Of a stretch of DNA of 64,000 nt, positions 23,761 through 35,600 are shown piece after piece (the first letter of the stretch is position 1; every line of letters begins with the position of its first letter). Under the pieces are notes generated by a model, which was not told where the DNA came from, searched no databases, and saw only the letters and a list, made by a program, of their open reading frames with translations. Made by a program: the position numbers and the translations under genes. The DNA is from the human T2T-CHM13v2.0 reference genome, Homo sapiens, in assembly GCA_009914755.4 (NCBI GenBank), contig CP068257.2:7488001-7552000 (forward strand). The letters run 5' to 3'.

Positions 23761-26700
23761 ACACCTGCTTACAGGGCAATCTCAGGTGCCCACACACACT
23801 ACAATAATTTTCATAATGCAATCACACATAATCACTATGTGACTGCATTATGAAAATTCTTGTAGTGTGCTTTTCAGCTCTATTCGGTCGGTTATGTCTT
23901 CTTTATACTTGCTATTTTGTCTGTTAGCTCCTACAATGTGTTACAATGATTTTTAGCTCACTTGTATTGCATGACAACATACGTCTTTCACTCAGTGAAC
24001 TTTGTTCCTACGCATATCCTGAACCCTGCTTGTATCATTCCAGACAGCTCAGCCTCAGCCCAGTTCTGAACACTTGCTGGAGAGTTGATACAGTCATTTG
24101 GAGGAAAGAAAGCATGCTGACTTTTTGAGTTTTCAGTGTTCTCGCACAGATTCTTTCTCATCTTTATGGGCTTATCCACCTTCCATCTTCGAGGTTGCTG
24201 ACCTTCGGACAGGGTATTTTTGTTTTATTGTATTTGATGATCTTGAGGGTTTCATTGTGGGATAAGGTGGATTCAACCAACTGGCTTTGTTTTTGGAGGA
24301 TTTTAGGGGGGCCAATGTGCAGCTTCCAATTCCTGGACTGTGTGCTTTAACTCTGGGGAACTTGTCTTGGGCCCCAACTTTGTTCTCTGGCTCTTGGAGG
24401 TTTGGAGTCCACTGCACTGAGGGGACCAAAGTGTGGCAACTGTGGCAGAATGCTAGTGGATGCAGAAGTCCCTGCCTCCCTGCGGGCATTCACGCAGTGG
24501 TGGAGGCAAGACAGCTGGGGTGTGGGCCAGGGGTCCCCTGCTGTGTGTGTGTTGCACTGGAGGTAGTGTTGGTTCAGGGTGGGCTGCTGGCCAGTGCAGG
24601 CCATGGTGCCTTCTCTGTGCCCCTCAAAGCAACAGTGGTCACTCAGGGTATAAGAAGGTCCCTTTTTCTCTGCACAGAATTAGCTCAAGGGTTAGGTGCT
24701 GGCAGGGGTGGGGTTCTTGGTTCTGTGCCCACCAAGGCTCTGTCTTCAATGGCAGTTGGTGTGGGTTGGGGTGTGTCCTGCACTCCCCTGTGCTGTCAGG
24801 GCAAGTACAGCAAAACCCACATGTGTAAACACACACAGCAAAGTGATGTAGGAAGTTTCCATATAAAGGGCTGCAGTATGGAGACGTAATGTGCAGGCTG
24901 GTGCGTGGCTGTTGGGGCCACCTTGCTGCAGCTCTCCACTGATCAGGTACAGTCCACTAGCACGGAAGCTATGCTGTGGGCATCCGAGAGTGCCCTGTAT
25001 GCAGGTGTGGCCAGGCTGGGGTCCTGGGAGAGGCAAGCAGACAAAGGAGTGCTGATATCAGACCAGCCCCATCTCATGTGCAAGACTGCCCAGCAGAGAT
25101 CAGGTCTCAGAGGAGAACTCTCTCAAAAGTGAACCCCCGGCACAGCATAGCTGCTTTACACAAACATGGCCAGGCTTCTTTTTTAAGCAAGTCCCCTTTT
25201 TGAGGAGGGGAACTCTGGGACCTGATCTCTGCTGGGCAATCTTGAACATGAGATGGGGCTGATCTGAACTTAGCATTCCTAAAGTGCTGGGATAAAGTAT
25301 CTCACAAGGGCACGTGGAGCCTAGAGAGATAGGTGTCCCTGCTCTCTGGGCTCCACATCACCTGACTTGCTGTTCCACCACTCCGCTTGTCTCCTGGGTA
25401 CTCCATCCCATAGAGATGTGAGTTAGCAATCACTTAGAGTAATCAGCCCAGGATGGAGGGTCTGTGTTGTGAGGCCAAGCCAGTGTTCCCTCTCTGGTGA
25501 TGAGCAGTGGGGGGTGTGTGGTACCCGTGGGAGATGGACTGGCTTGTTCATTGGGTCAACCGCAGCTTATTGGAGGTGTCAATATGGCACTTAGGGTCTT
25601 TGCTCCCTTGATATTCTGAGGGTAGCAAGGGCAGTTTCACTGCGGAGGCAATGGCAGAGAGAATTTCGTTTGCTCCTGGAAGCTCTGTCCAGGGAATTGC
25701 TGAGTTGCTACTGGCTGGATAGCTCTGATGGTGGACTGGCTGGAGACCCAGGTCAGTAGGACCTGCCCATCAAGTAGACTGTCTGGCCACTTTTCTGTCA
25801 GGCTGCTGTGGTATGCTGGGGGTCCCCTCCAGTCCCTAACTGCCTTGTATTTTCCAGGGAAGATGATAGCCTGCCCCTTCCTCTGGGAGCTCTGTGCCAC
25901 TGAGGTATGAACTTGTTGCCAGTATGAACACACCTATAAGATGTGACTGGAGACAAGTTGAGAAGTCTTATCTAGTCAGGAGGAACAAAAACAGGCACTG
26001 AGTTAAAAAAAAAAAAGTCTGGGCATGTTTTTCTAGAGCAGCTGTGCTATGCCGGGTGTTCCCTTCCACTCCTGGTTGCCTCAGACACTCTGAAGCCCTA
26101 ATGCTGAAATGGCTGAGTTGCCCCAACAGCAAAGACAACAGTCTGGTCCTCCCCCTGGGAGCTCTGACTCAGGGAGGCCTGAAACCTCTGTCGGCCAGAG
26201 AACAGCAGTGAAGGCAGCTGGAGACCCTGGTTGAAAGGCTTCACCTGCTGATTAGAAATGTGGTCGGGGACTGACTTAAACAAGAGTCTGGCCACGTTTT
26301 TATAGTGTGGCCGTGCTGCGCTGAGGTTCCTCTTCCACCCCTTGTCACCTTGGGCTTTCCAAAGCCCGCAAACCAGAACGGCTAGTCACCCAAACAGCAA
26401 AGGTGGTGGCCTGCCCCTCTCTCTGGGAGCTCTGTCCCGTGAACACTTCAAATTTCTATTGGCCAAGGAATGCTGGTGGCGGTAGCTGGAGGCCCCATTT
26501 GGGAGGTCCTGTACAGTGATGTGCAACAGGGTCGGGGGCCTGCTTACAGAAGCATTCTGGCCATGATTTGGTAAAGCAGCTATGCTGTGCTGTGGGATCT
26601 CTTCTGCCCCTTGTCGGTTTATACTCTCCAAAGCCCTCAGGCTGGAATGACTAAGTTGCCTGAACCGGAAAGATGGCGGCCTGCCCCATCTATTCTCTCA

Positions 26701-27100
26701 GAGTTCATCTTGTTTGATGGAGTTTAATTTTTAGCCTATTAATTTTACTGTCTACATTAGACTTGTTCGGAAAGAATCTGCTATATTTTAGGTTAGATAT
26801 ATGAGAATTCATTGTTTTCTGTAAATAAACCTGTTCATGTCTTGTTCTCTGGAAAGAAATCTCTTTCAACTATCTGACTTTGGTCACAGTCATGTAGAGC
26901 AGTATCCAGTCTATAATGACAATTGAATTTCCATTTCCAGTGTTTTGTTTTTGTGTCTTACATTGTACAGTTCAGAAATGAGCATTTTATTCCCAATTGT
27001 CAAAATGCTAAGCTGTCCACTGTACTGAAATACTGTTTTTGTTAATGCTTCGTCATTCAATTTTTTTTAAGGTGAACACTTTTATCCAACTTTTCTCAAG
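23760..27100. other. GC-rich low-copy segment. It may be an older L1 5' UTR in antisense continuing the preceding L1 (uncertain). It contains a ~262-bp tandem repeat at 25,700-26,700
   Basis: It follows the antisense L1 ORF1 region directly with no obvious breakpoint. No coding periodicity. The 200-aa ORF 24287-24889 is Cys/Gly/Trp-rich and looks non-genic. Confidence 0.3.
25700..26700. repeat. Tandem repeat, ~262-bp unit, ~3.5 copies
   Basis: agtctggc(ca)tgttttt.tag.g..gc.gtgct.tgc..g.gttcc.cttccac.cct.gt..cctc.g... ...ctgggagctctg..c... recurs at ~26,020, 26,283 and 26,545. A more divergent copy sits at ~25,700-25,900. Confidence 0.6.
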
Positions 27101-27429
27101 TCAGAGTACAGGTAAGCCCTGGCTGCCTCGAACCACTCTCAGAGAGACCAAAACCCTTCATACATTCCAAGTTGGGATACAAAAAAGTGGGGCCATGAAG
27201 GCTAGTCATTCAAAATAAAACAAAATTTAAAAGTATTAAGGCAAAGATTTAAAAAAATTTGCATTATGTAATTTACACAAAAGCAATGCTATCGCCTACC
27301 ATGTGTGAACTCGGGAGAGGACTGGGCCATTCTCCTTAGAGAGAAGTAGGGTGGCTTTTAGGAGGGCAAGGGACTTCCTGAAACAGTGCATCTCACAATA
27401 TTTGGAATGACTATTGAAAAGAAGAACAT

Positions 27430-28480
27430 TGTACAATCAAAGTCCTTGGCAACATTGTAGAACTAGCGGGTGCTGACCCCTGAGCCACAACCACAGTTCT
27501 GGGTTTGGGGTTTGGTAAAACCACCCCAAGGACAGAGTTCTGGGGCCGGGTTTTGGAGGAACCAAGACGCCTCCCAGGGATGGTGTGTCACTCCTGCTTG
27601 CCATGAAATGTGCACACAGTCTGTCCCCCTGCCCATCCCATCCTGCTGGACAGGATGGAGGAAGTGAGGGAACAGGCAGGGTGGACAGCTGGAATTCAGG
27701 GAGAGGCAGGTGCATGCTGGGAGGTCAGGACCTGTGAGGGCTGTGGGGGCATCAGGTGGAGTGGGCTCCAGGTGCACCCTCAGTGCACAGGGCAGGTCTC
27801 AGGCCAGGCTCCCTGGACCCCGGCTGGGTGATGTGGTCACTCCCTGGGGGACTGCTGTCAGACCCTGGCCACCCTCCCTGGGCAGCACCGTCCCATCCCA
27901 GAACTGGACATTCTGAGTCCTAAAACAGGACAGTGCTGCCCAGGCCTGACAGACTGGGAGGACCTGTGAAGTCCTCCATCCCTAGACCAGCCTCCCAACA
28001 GCAGGGACAGTCTCCTACCTTTACCTTCAGGGCACTGACTGGTACATCTCATTCTAAGGCAACCAAGGCAGAGCTGAGGACCTGTGCCAGGCTGGGAGCC
28101 AGTCCTCTCCCTAAATGGGCCTTAGGGAAGCCTCATGCCTGTCCCAGTGCACTGCAAGTTTCAGCCCAGGAGACACATAGGGAAGTGAGGACGGGGCCTC
28201 CCCACTGGCTGACCCTGGAAAAGTGGGACCTGGGAGAAGAGGGAGTGCAGGGCTGGCAGGGGATGCTCCAGGCCCATGGAGAGCTCAGGCTGCACCAAGG
28301 GGCTTCCCCTCCTGGGCTGGAGGCTGTGCCCTCTGCAGTATCTGAGGAAGTCCAGTCCTGAGATGGGACAGTGCTACCCAGAGTGGGTGTCCAGCACCTG
28401 ACAACAGTCTCCCAGCAAGTGACCACATCACCCGACCAAGGTCCAGGGAGCCTGGGCCAAGACCTGCCCAGTGCGCTGAG
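27430..28480. other. GC-rich low-copy segment containing a ~250-280-bp inverted repeat pair (arms ~27,640-27,920 and ~28,390-28,640)
   Basis: ORF 27610-27831(+) MHTVCPPAHPILLDRMEEVREQAGWTAGIQGEAGACWEVRTCEGCGG... and ORF 28428-28643(-) ...HRMEEAREQAGWAAWFQGEAGACWEVRPYEGCGGVRWCGLQVHP... are near-identical translations of opposite strands. So the two DNA segments are reverse complements of each other. Confidence 0.8.
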
Positions 28481-28800
28481 GGTGCACCTGGAGCCCACAC
28501 CACCTGACGCCCCCACAACCCTCATAGGGTCTGACCTCCCAGCATGCACCTGCCTCTCCCTGAAACCAAGCTGCCCACCCTGCCTGTTCCCTGGCCTCCT
28601 CCATCCTGTGCAGACCATAGACTGTGACTATCTCTCCGACCACTCTGGCCCTTCCTTTACCTTTGTCCTGTCAGAATCTCTGAGCAAGATCTCCCAGGTC
28701 CATCCAAACACCTGCTTTGTCCACTTTTGACTGGGCCATTGAACACCACTGGGCCACCCCAGCTGTCCACAGGCTCCTCGATAACATGCATTTCCCCTGA
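28480..28800. repeat. GC-rich flank module F (second copy of 13,730-14,060)
   Basis: See 13,730-14,060. The same sequence precedes the minisatellite here. Confidence 0.8.
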
Positions 28801-29620
28801 CATCTCCCAGCAGTACTCAGCAGCCCCCACTGACCAGGTCCCTGGTGACCAGTTCCAGCATATCACTTCCTCCCTGACCACACCCTCACTGATTAGAGCC
28901 CCATCACCAGGCCTCACTAACTAGATTCCCGCTGCCAGGCCCACAATGACCAGGACTCCACTGACGAGGACCTTACTGACAAGGCCTCACTGGCAAGGCC
29001 TCACTGGCAAGGCCTCACTGACGAGGTCCTTACTGACAAGGCCTCACTGATCAGGTTCCACCGATCATGACCCCATTGTCTGGTCCCACAGATGAAGCCC
29101 CACTGGCCAGGCCTGCAGGGAATAGGCAGCCAGTGACCAGGCCCCTGCTAACCAGGACTGAGGTGACAAGATGCTCCTGACTGGGACCCTAATGACTACG
29201 CCCCACTGAACAGGCACGCACTGCTCAGATCCCCGCTGACCAGGTCACCCCGTAGACCAGTGCTACAAAAGCCACCAATGATCAAGTCCTCTCTGACCAG
29301 GCCCCCACTGATTAAGTTCCAAGGACCAGCCTGCCCTGACCAGGGCCCCACTGACAAGCGTCTCTGCTGACTAGGTCCCAAGGTCTCCACTGACCAAGTC
29401 CCACAGCCCAGGTTGGCACTGACCAGACACCAAACATTTGTCTACCACTATCAACCCACTCACCAAGGCATGCACTACTAGATCCCTCTAATGAGACCCG
29501 CTCTAAGCAGACCCCTGCTGACCACCCCCCACTAAATAGGCCTCACTGACAAGTCCCAACTGACTAGGTCCCCTGAGCAGGCCCACACTGATCAGGCCCC
29601 TCCTAACCATATCAGAAGAC
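28800..29620. repeat. (CACTGACCAGGYCY)n degenerate minisatellite, copy C
   Basis: ...ccactgacgaggaccttactgacaaggcctcactggcaaggcctcactggcaaggcctcactgacgaggtccttactgacaaggcctcactgatcagg... It is collinear with copy A and ends with the same ...cacactgatcaggcccctcctaacca motif. Confidence 0.85.
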
Positions 29621-29626
29621 CAAGAG

Positions 29627-32600
29627 GCAATGAGATGTTTCATATGGCAGGAGTAGGAGCAAGACAGAGAGGGGAAAGAGGCATGACATCCTGTTAGACA
29701 ACCAGATCACATGAGAACTCACTATCAGGAGATCAGCATCAAGAAGACTAACCAATGGTGAAGGATTCTCCAACCACACCACCGCCCACTGCTTCCAGGC
29801 AGAAGCCTCCTGCAGAGGCAGAACCTCTTATGAAACTTCCACTATGGCAGTGCAGAAGGAAAATATAGGCTTTGAGCCCCCACACAAGAGGTCACGATCC
29901 TCCAGACTCCAGATTAATAAGCCCACCAACAGCTCACACTCTGAGTATGGAAAAGCTACAGGCACTCAACACCAACCCAGCCCATGAGAGCAGCCATGGG
30001 GGCTACACCCTGCAAAGTCACAGGTGCACTCTCCTAGTAGAGGTTTCCCATGAGCCTCTGCCTCTGCAGCAGGTTACTCCCACCCTCCCACCACCCTACT
30101 GACAACCTACTCCTCCCCACACTATCCCTCCTTTTCCTTCCACCCCAACCCCCTCTCATCCAAGATTAAGTCACCTCCCACCTGGCCCACCTCCAACATT
30201 AAGGATGACACGTGAGTTTTATAGGGACACACAGCCAACCCATATTATTCTGACCCTGATTCCCCAGAACCTCATGTCCTTCTCACAGAGCAAAACACAA
30301 TCATGCCTTTTCAAAAGTTTCCAAAAGTCTTAACTCATTCCGAATGTAAAAATTTCAAAATCTCATCTGAGACAAGGTTACAGTCCCTTCTGCCAATGAG
30401 TCCCTGAATTTAAAAGGGATTTCTTTTCCTTCAAGGTAGAACAGGCATTGGGTAAGGTTTCTCAATCCAAAGGGAAGAAGTTGCCCAGAAAAATAACACA
30501 AATGCAAGTCCAAAACCCAGCAGGACAGTATTCACTCAATCTCACAGCTCCAAAATCATCAAGAGGACTCACTGTCGTGCGGACAGCATTAAGGAGATAG
30601 TGTTTACTCATTTGTGAAGAATCTGCCCCCCACCTTCACCTTTCACTCCCACCCACAAAATAATCTCTCCCATTCTCCCCACACCCCTACCTCCAACACC
30701 CACTCTTCTCCATGATTAAATCACCTCCCACCAGTTCCCACCTTTAACATTCCCCACTACAATTCCACATGAGCATGGGTAGGGACACAGAATCAAATTA
30801 TATTATTCTGGCTCTTGCTCCCCAAATCTTGTATCCTTGTCACACTGCAAAATACACTGATGACTTCTCTACTGTCCCCCAATGACTTAACTCATTCCAG
30901 CATTTACTGAAATGTACAAGGACTTACAGACCCCATGCAAGTCAAAAACCCAGCAGGCCAGTCATTGAATCCTGCAGCTCCAAATCATCTTTTCTGAATC
31001 TACATCTCACATCTAGAGCACAGGTGTGTGATGCCTGGGCTTCCAAGGCCTTGGGCAGCTCTGCACCTGTGGCTGTGCAGGGTCTATACCCCACAGCTGC
31101 CCTCATGGGCTGGGCTGATGTTGAGTGCCTGTAGCATTTCCATACTAAGGGTGCCAGCTGTTGGTGAGTCTATGAATCTGGAGTCTGGAGAATGGTGCCT
31201 CCATATTTAGGGACTCCAGCCCTAAATTCTCCTTCGGTACTGCCCTAGTAAAAGTTTCCCATGAGGCTCTGCCTCTTGGAAAAGATTTTGTGTGAACACC
31301 CAGGTTTTTCCGTACATACTCTGGAGTCTAGACAAAGGCTTGCAAGCTTCTAGTTTTGTGCTGTGTGCAGCTGCTGGCTTAACACTATGTGGAAGCCACC
31401 AAGCCTTGAAGCTTGCACCCCTGAAGCAGTGATGCAAGCTGTACCTGTGCATCTTTCAGCCAAGGCTGGAGCTGGAGCTTCAGGAATGCAGCCAGCAGTG
31501 TCCTGAGGTTGGACATAGCAGTGGGGCCATGGGGCTGGAGAAGGAAACCATTCTTTTCTCCCAGGCCTCAGGGCCTGTGATAGCAAGGGCTGCTGCAAAA
31601 GTCTCTGAAATGCCTTCAAGACCTTTTTAACATTGTATTGGCTATTAGCACTGAACTCCTTTTTATGCACATTTCTGAAGACTTTTTGAACTTTCCCACT
31701 GATAATCAGCTTTTCTTTTTGGCCACTTGGCCAGGCTTCAAATTATCCAAACTTTTAAGCTCTCCTTCTCATTTAAATACAAGTTTCACCTTGAGGTCAT
31801 TTCTTTGGTCACATATAGGACCACAGGCTGTTCGACACAGACAGGAAACCTCTTAAGCTTTGCTGCCTAAAATTTCATTCCACCAAATACACTCTAAATT
31901 ATCACCCTGATGTTCAAAATTTCACAGGTCTCCAGGTTAGGGGCATTGTGCAGCAACAATCTTTGCTAAGAAAAAAACAAAAGTGACCTTGACTCCTGTT
32001 CCCAGCAAGCTCCTCATTTTCATGTGAGACCTTCTAAGCCTGGTGATCACTGTCCATCCTTCTGTCACCTTTTTAATTATAACTATTTAACAAGTCTCTA
32101 CACTGTTCCAAACTTTTCCTCATCTTCCTGTCTTCTTCCAAGACCTCCAAACTCTCCAACCTCTGGCCATTACACACTTCTCAACCTGCTTCTACATTTT
32201 CAGCTACGTTTGTCACAGCCTGGCAATGTGGTAAAAGAAGAAAAGTCTATTTCAGGAGAAAAATTAATGCAGGCTTCAGACATTTGCCTGAAAAGAAGCT
32301 GAGTGCTGATTGCCAAGAGAATAGGAAAAAGGCCTTGAAGGCATTTCATAGTTCCACTTTATAGCATTATTTTTCTGTATAATCAGAAAGAAAAGAGGTT
32401 GAACTGGCTCATGGTTCTACAAGCTTTAAATAAATCATAGAGGCTTCTGCTTCTGGGAGGACTCAGGAAGCCTCCCAATCATACCAGAAGACCAAGCAGC
32501 AATGGGATGTTTTATATGGCAGTAGTAGAAACAAAACAGAGAGAGGAAAAAGGTGCCACGCGTTGTATAACCCTGTTATACAACCAGATTTCCTGAGAAC

Positions 32601-35600
32601 TCATTATCACAAGGTCAGTATCAAGAAGATGTTGCTTAACCATTGGTGAAAGTTCTGCCCCCTACCACCCACACCCCTCACTGTTTCCGGGCAGAAGCCT
32701 GAGGAAGAGGCAGAGCCACTAGGAAAACCTCTAATAGGGCAGAGCAGAAAAAGTATATGGGCTTGGAGGCCCCACACAGGAGTTTACCATCCTCAGACCC
32801 CAGATTCATAGACTCACCAACAGCTTGCACTCTCAGTATGGAAAAGCTACAGGCATTCAAGCAACAGCCCAGCCTATGAGGGCAGCCATGGGGGCTACAA
32901 CCTGCAAAGCCATAGGTGCACTGCCCTGGTGGAGGTTTTCCTTGAGGCTTTGCCTCTGCAGCAGGCTACTCCCCCTTACTACTGCCCACGAACCTCTCAC
33001 CACCCTACTGCCAGCCTACTCCTCCCCATCCTACCCATTTGTTTTCCCTTCCACCCCTACCAACCTCCTGTTTGTGATTAAATCACCTCCCACCAGGCCC
33101 AACCTACAACTGTCAGGAATACAATTCCCCGTGAGTTTTTGTAGGGAAACACAGCCAAACCATATTATCCTGACCCTGACACCCCCACATCTCATGTCCT
33201 TCTCACACAGAAAAATACAAACATGCCTTTTCAAAAGTTTCAAAAAGTCTTAACTCATTCCAGCAGTAACTCAAAGGTAGTAAGTTCAAGTCTCATCCAA
33301 GACAAGGCTGCAATCCCTTCTGCCTATGAGTCCCTGAATGTAAAAGACAATTCTTTTCTTTCAAGTTACAATGATGGCACAGGCATTGGGTAGGCTTTCT
33401 TAAACCAAAGGGAAGGTTTTCCCAGAAAAATAACACAAATGGGACACAGGCCCAATCCGACTCCAAAACCCAGCAGGACAGCATTCATTTATCACGAGAA
33501 CTCACTATCACACAGACTGCATTAAGGAGATAGTATTTAAACATTTGTGAAGGATCTGCCACCCATCCCCATGTTTCACCCTCACCCACACCATGAACCT
33601 CCATTCTCCCACATCCCCCTTCCAACCCCCATTCTCTACCATGATTAAATCACCTTCTACGAAGCCCCACACTTAACATTCCCCATTATAATTCCACATG
33701 AGTTTTGGTAGGGACACAGAGCCAAATCGTATTATTCTCCTTTGGCCCCCCAATCTCACACCCTTCTCATACTGCAAAATACAATGATGCATTCTCTACA
33801 GTCCCCCAATGTCTGAACTCATTCCAGCATTTACTCAAATGTCCATTTGTGAAGGATCTACCCCCTACCCCTGCCTTTCACCCCCAACCCCACCACAATC
33901 GCCCCCAACCCTCCCCACCCCTTAATCCCCCCAACCCTCCCCACCCCCAACCATCTAACCTCCACTCTTCACCATGATTAACTCACCTTCCACCAGCCCC
34001 CACCTTTAACATTTCCCATTAAAATTCTACATGAGTTTTGGTAGAGACACAGAGCCAAAACATATTATTCTGTCCCTGGTCCCCCAAAGTTCATGTCTTT
34101 CTCACATTGCAAAATGCAATGAGGCCTTCCCTAGAGTCCCCCAAATCTTAACTCATCCCAGCATTTACTCAAATGTCCAAAGGCCAAAGTCTTCTCTGAG
34201 ACAAGGCTGCCATATCTTCTGCCCTGAGCCTCTGAAATACAAAGCAAGTTAACCACTTCCAAGTTACAATGATTGTACAGGCATTGGGTAAGCATTCCAA
34301 GCCAAAAAGTAGAAATTTCCCAGAAAGAAGCACAAAACACAGATGGGACTTACAAACCCCCTGCAAGTCAAAAACCCAGCAGGCCAGGCATTCCATCATA
34401 CAGCTCCAAATCATCTTTTTGGAATCTATGTCCACATCCAGAGCACAGGGTTTTGTGATGGCTGGGATCCCAAGGCCTTGGGCAGCTCTGCACATGTGGC
34501 ATTGCAGAATCTTCCCCCTACAGCTGCCCTCATTGGCTAGGCTGGTGTTGAGTGCCTGTAGCTTTTCAACACTAAGGGTGCAAGCAGCTGGTGGGTCTAT
34601 GATACTGGGGTCTGGAAAATGGTGCCTCCCTGTATGGGGACTCCAACCCTACACTTTCCTTTTGTACTGCCCGAGTAGAGGTTTACCATGAGGCTCTGCC
34701 TCTTGGAAAAGCTTCTAGTTAGACACTCAGGATTTCTGATATATCCTCTGGAGTCCAGACCAAGGCTCTGAAGCTTCTAGTCCTGTGCTTTATGCACCTG
34801 CTGGCTTAACACTATGTGGAAGCCACCAAGGCTTGGAGCTTGCATCCTCTGAAGCAGTGACACAAGCTGTACCTGTGCATCTTTCATCCATGGCTGGAGC
34901 TGGAAAAGGAGCTGCAGGGATGCAGGCAGCAGTGTCCTGAGGCTGCACACAGCAGTGGAGCCATGGGGCTGGGCCAGGAAACTATTCTTTTCTCCTAAAC
35001 CCCAGGGCCAGTGACAGCAAGGGCTGCTACAAAGTCTCTGAAACGCCTTCAAGGCCTTTTTCCCATTGTCTTGAATTATTAGCACTGGGCTCCTTTTTAG
35101 GCAAATATCCGAAGGCTTCTTGATTTTCCCCCTGAAAATCAGCTTTTCTTTTTGACCATTTGTCCATATTACAAATTTTCCAAATGTTGAAGCTCTGCTT
35201 CTCATTTAAATATAAGTTCCAACTTATGGTAATTTCTTTCATCACACATAGGAGCACAGGCTGTTCGACGTAGGCCGGACAACTCTTCAGCTTTGCTGCT
35301 TAGAAGTTCATTCCACCAGATACACCCTAAATCATCACCCTAAAGTTCAGTTTCACAGATCTCCAGGGAATGGTCACTGTGTAGCCAATTACTTTGCTAA
35401 GGCAAAAGAAAAAAACCTTGGCTCCTTTTCCCAGTAAGTTCCTCATTTTCATCTGAGACCTTACAAGCCTGGCCTTCAGTGTCCATCCTTCTGTCAGCCT
35501 TTTAATCATAACTATTTAACAAGTCTCTGCAATGGTCCAAACTTTCCCTCATCTTGCTATCTTCTTCCAAGCTCTCCAAACTCTCTAACCTCTGGCCATT

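Noticed and set aside
24287-24889. 200-aa ORF in the GC-rich segment (MFLEDFRGANVQLPIPGLCALTLGNLSW...)
   Set aside because: It is Cys/Gly/Trp/Leu-rich and low-complexity. It overlaps antisense ORFs of similar length (24347-24604, 24746-25036) and has no exon-like boundaries. It sits in what is probably antisense L1 5' UTR or other GC-rich non-coding DNA, where long ORFs are expected by chance.
28133-28618. 161-aa minus-strand ORF and its paralogue 13504-13812 (- strand), which share GFRERQVHAGRSDP...
   Set aside because: They lie in the duplicated GC-rich flank F and inverted-repeat arms. The similarity reflects DNA duplication. There are no start or splice context and no domain-like composition.
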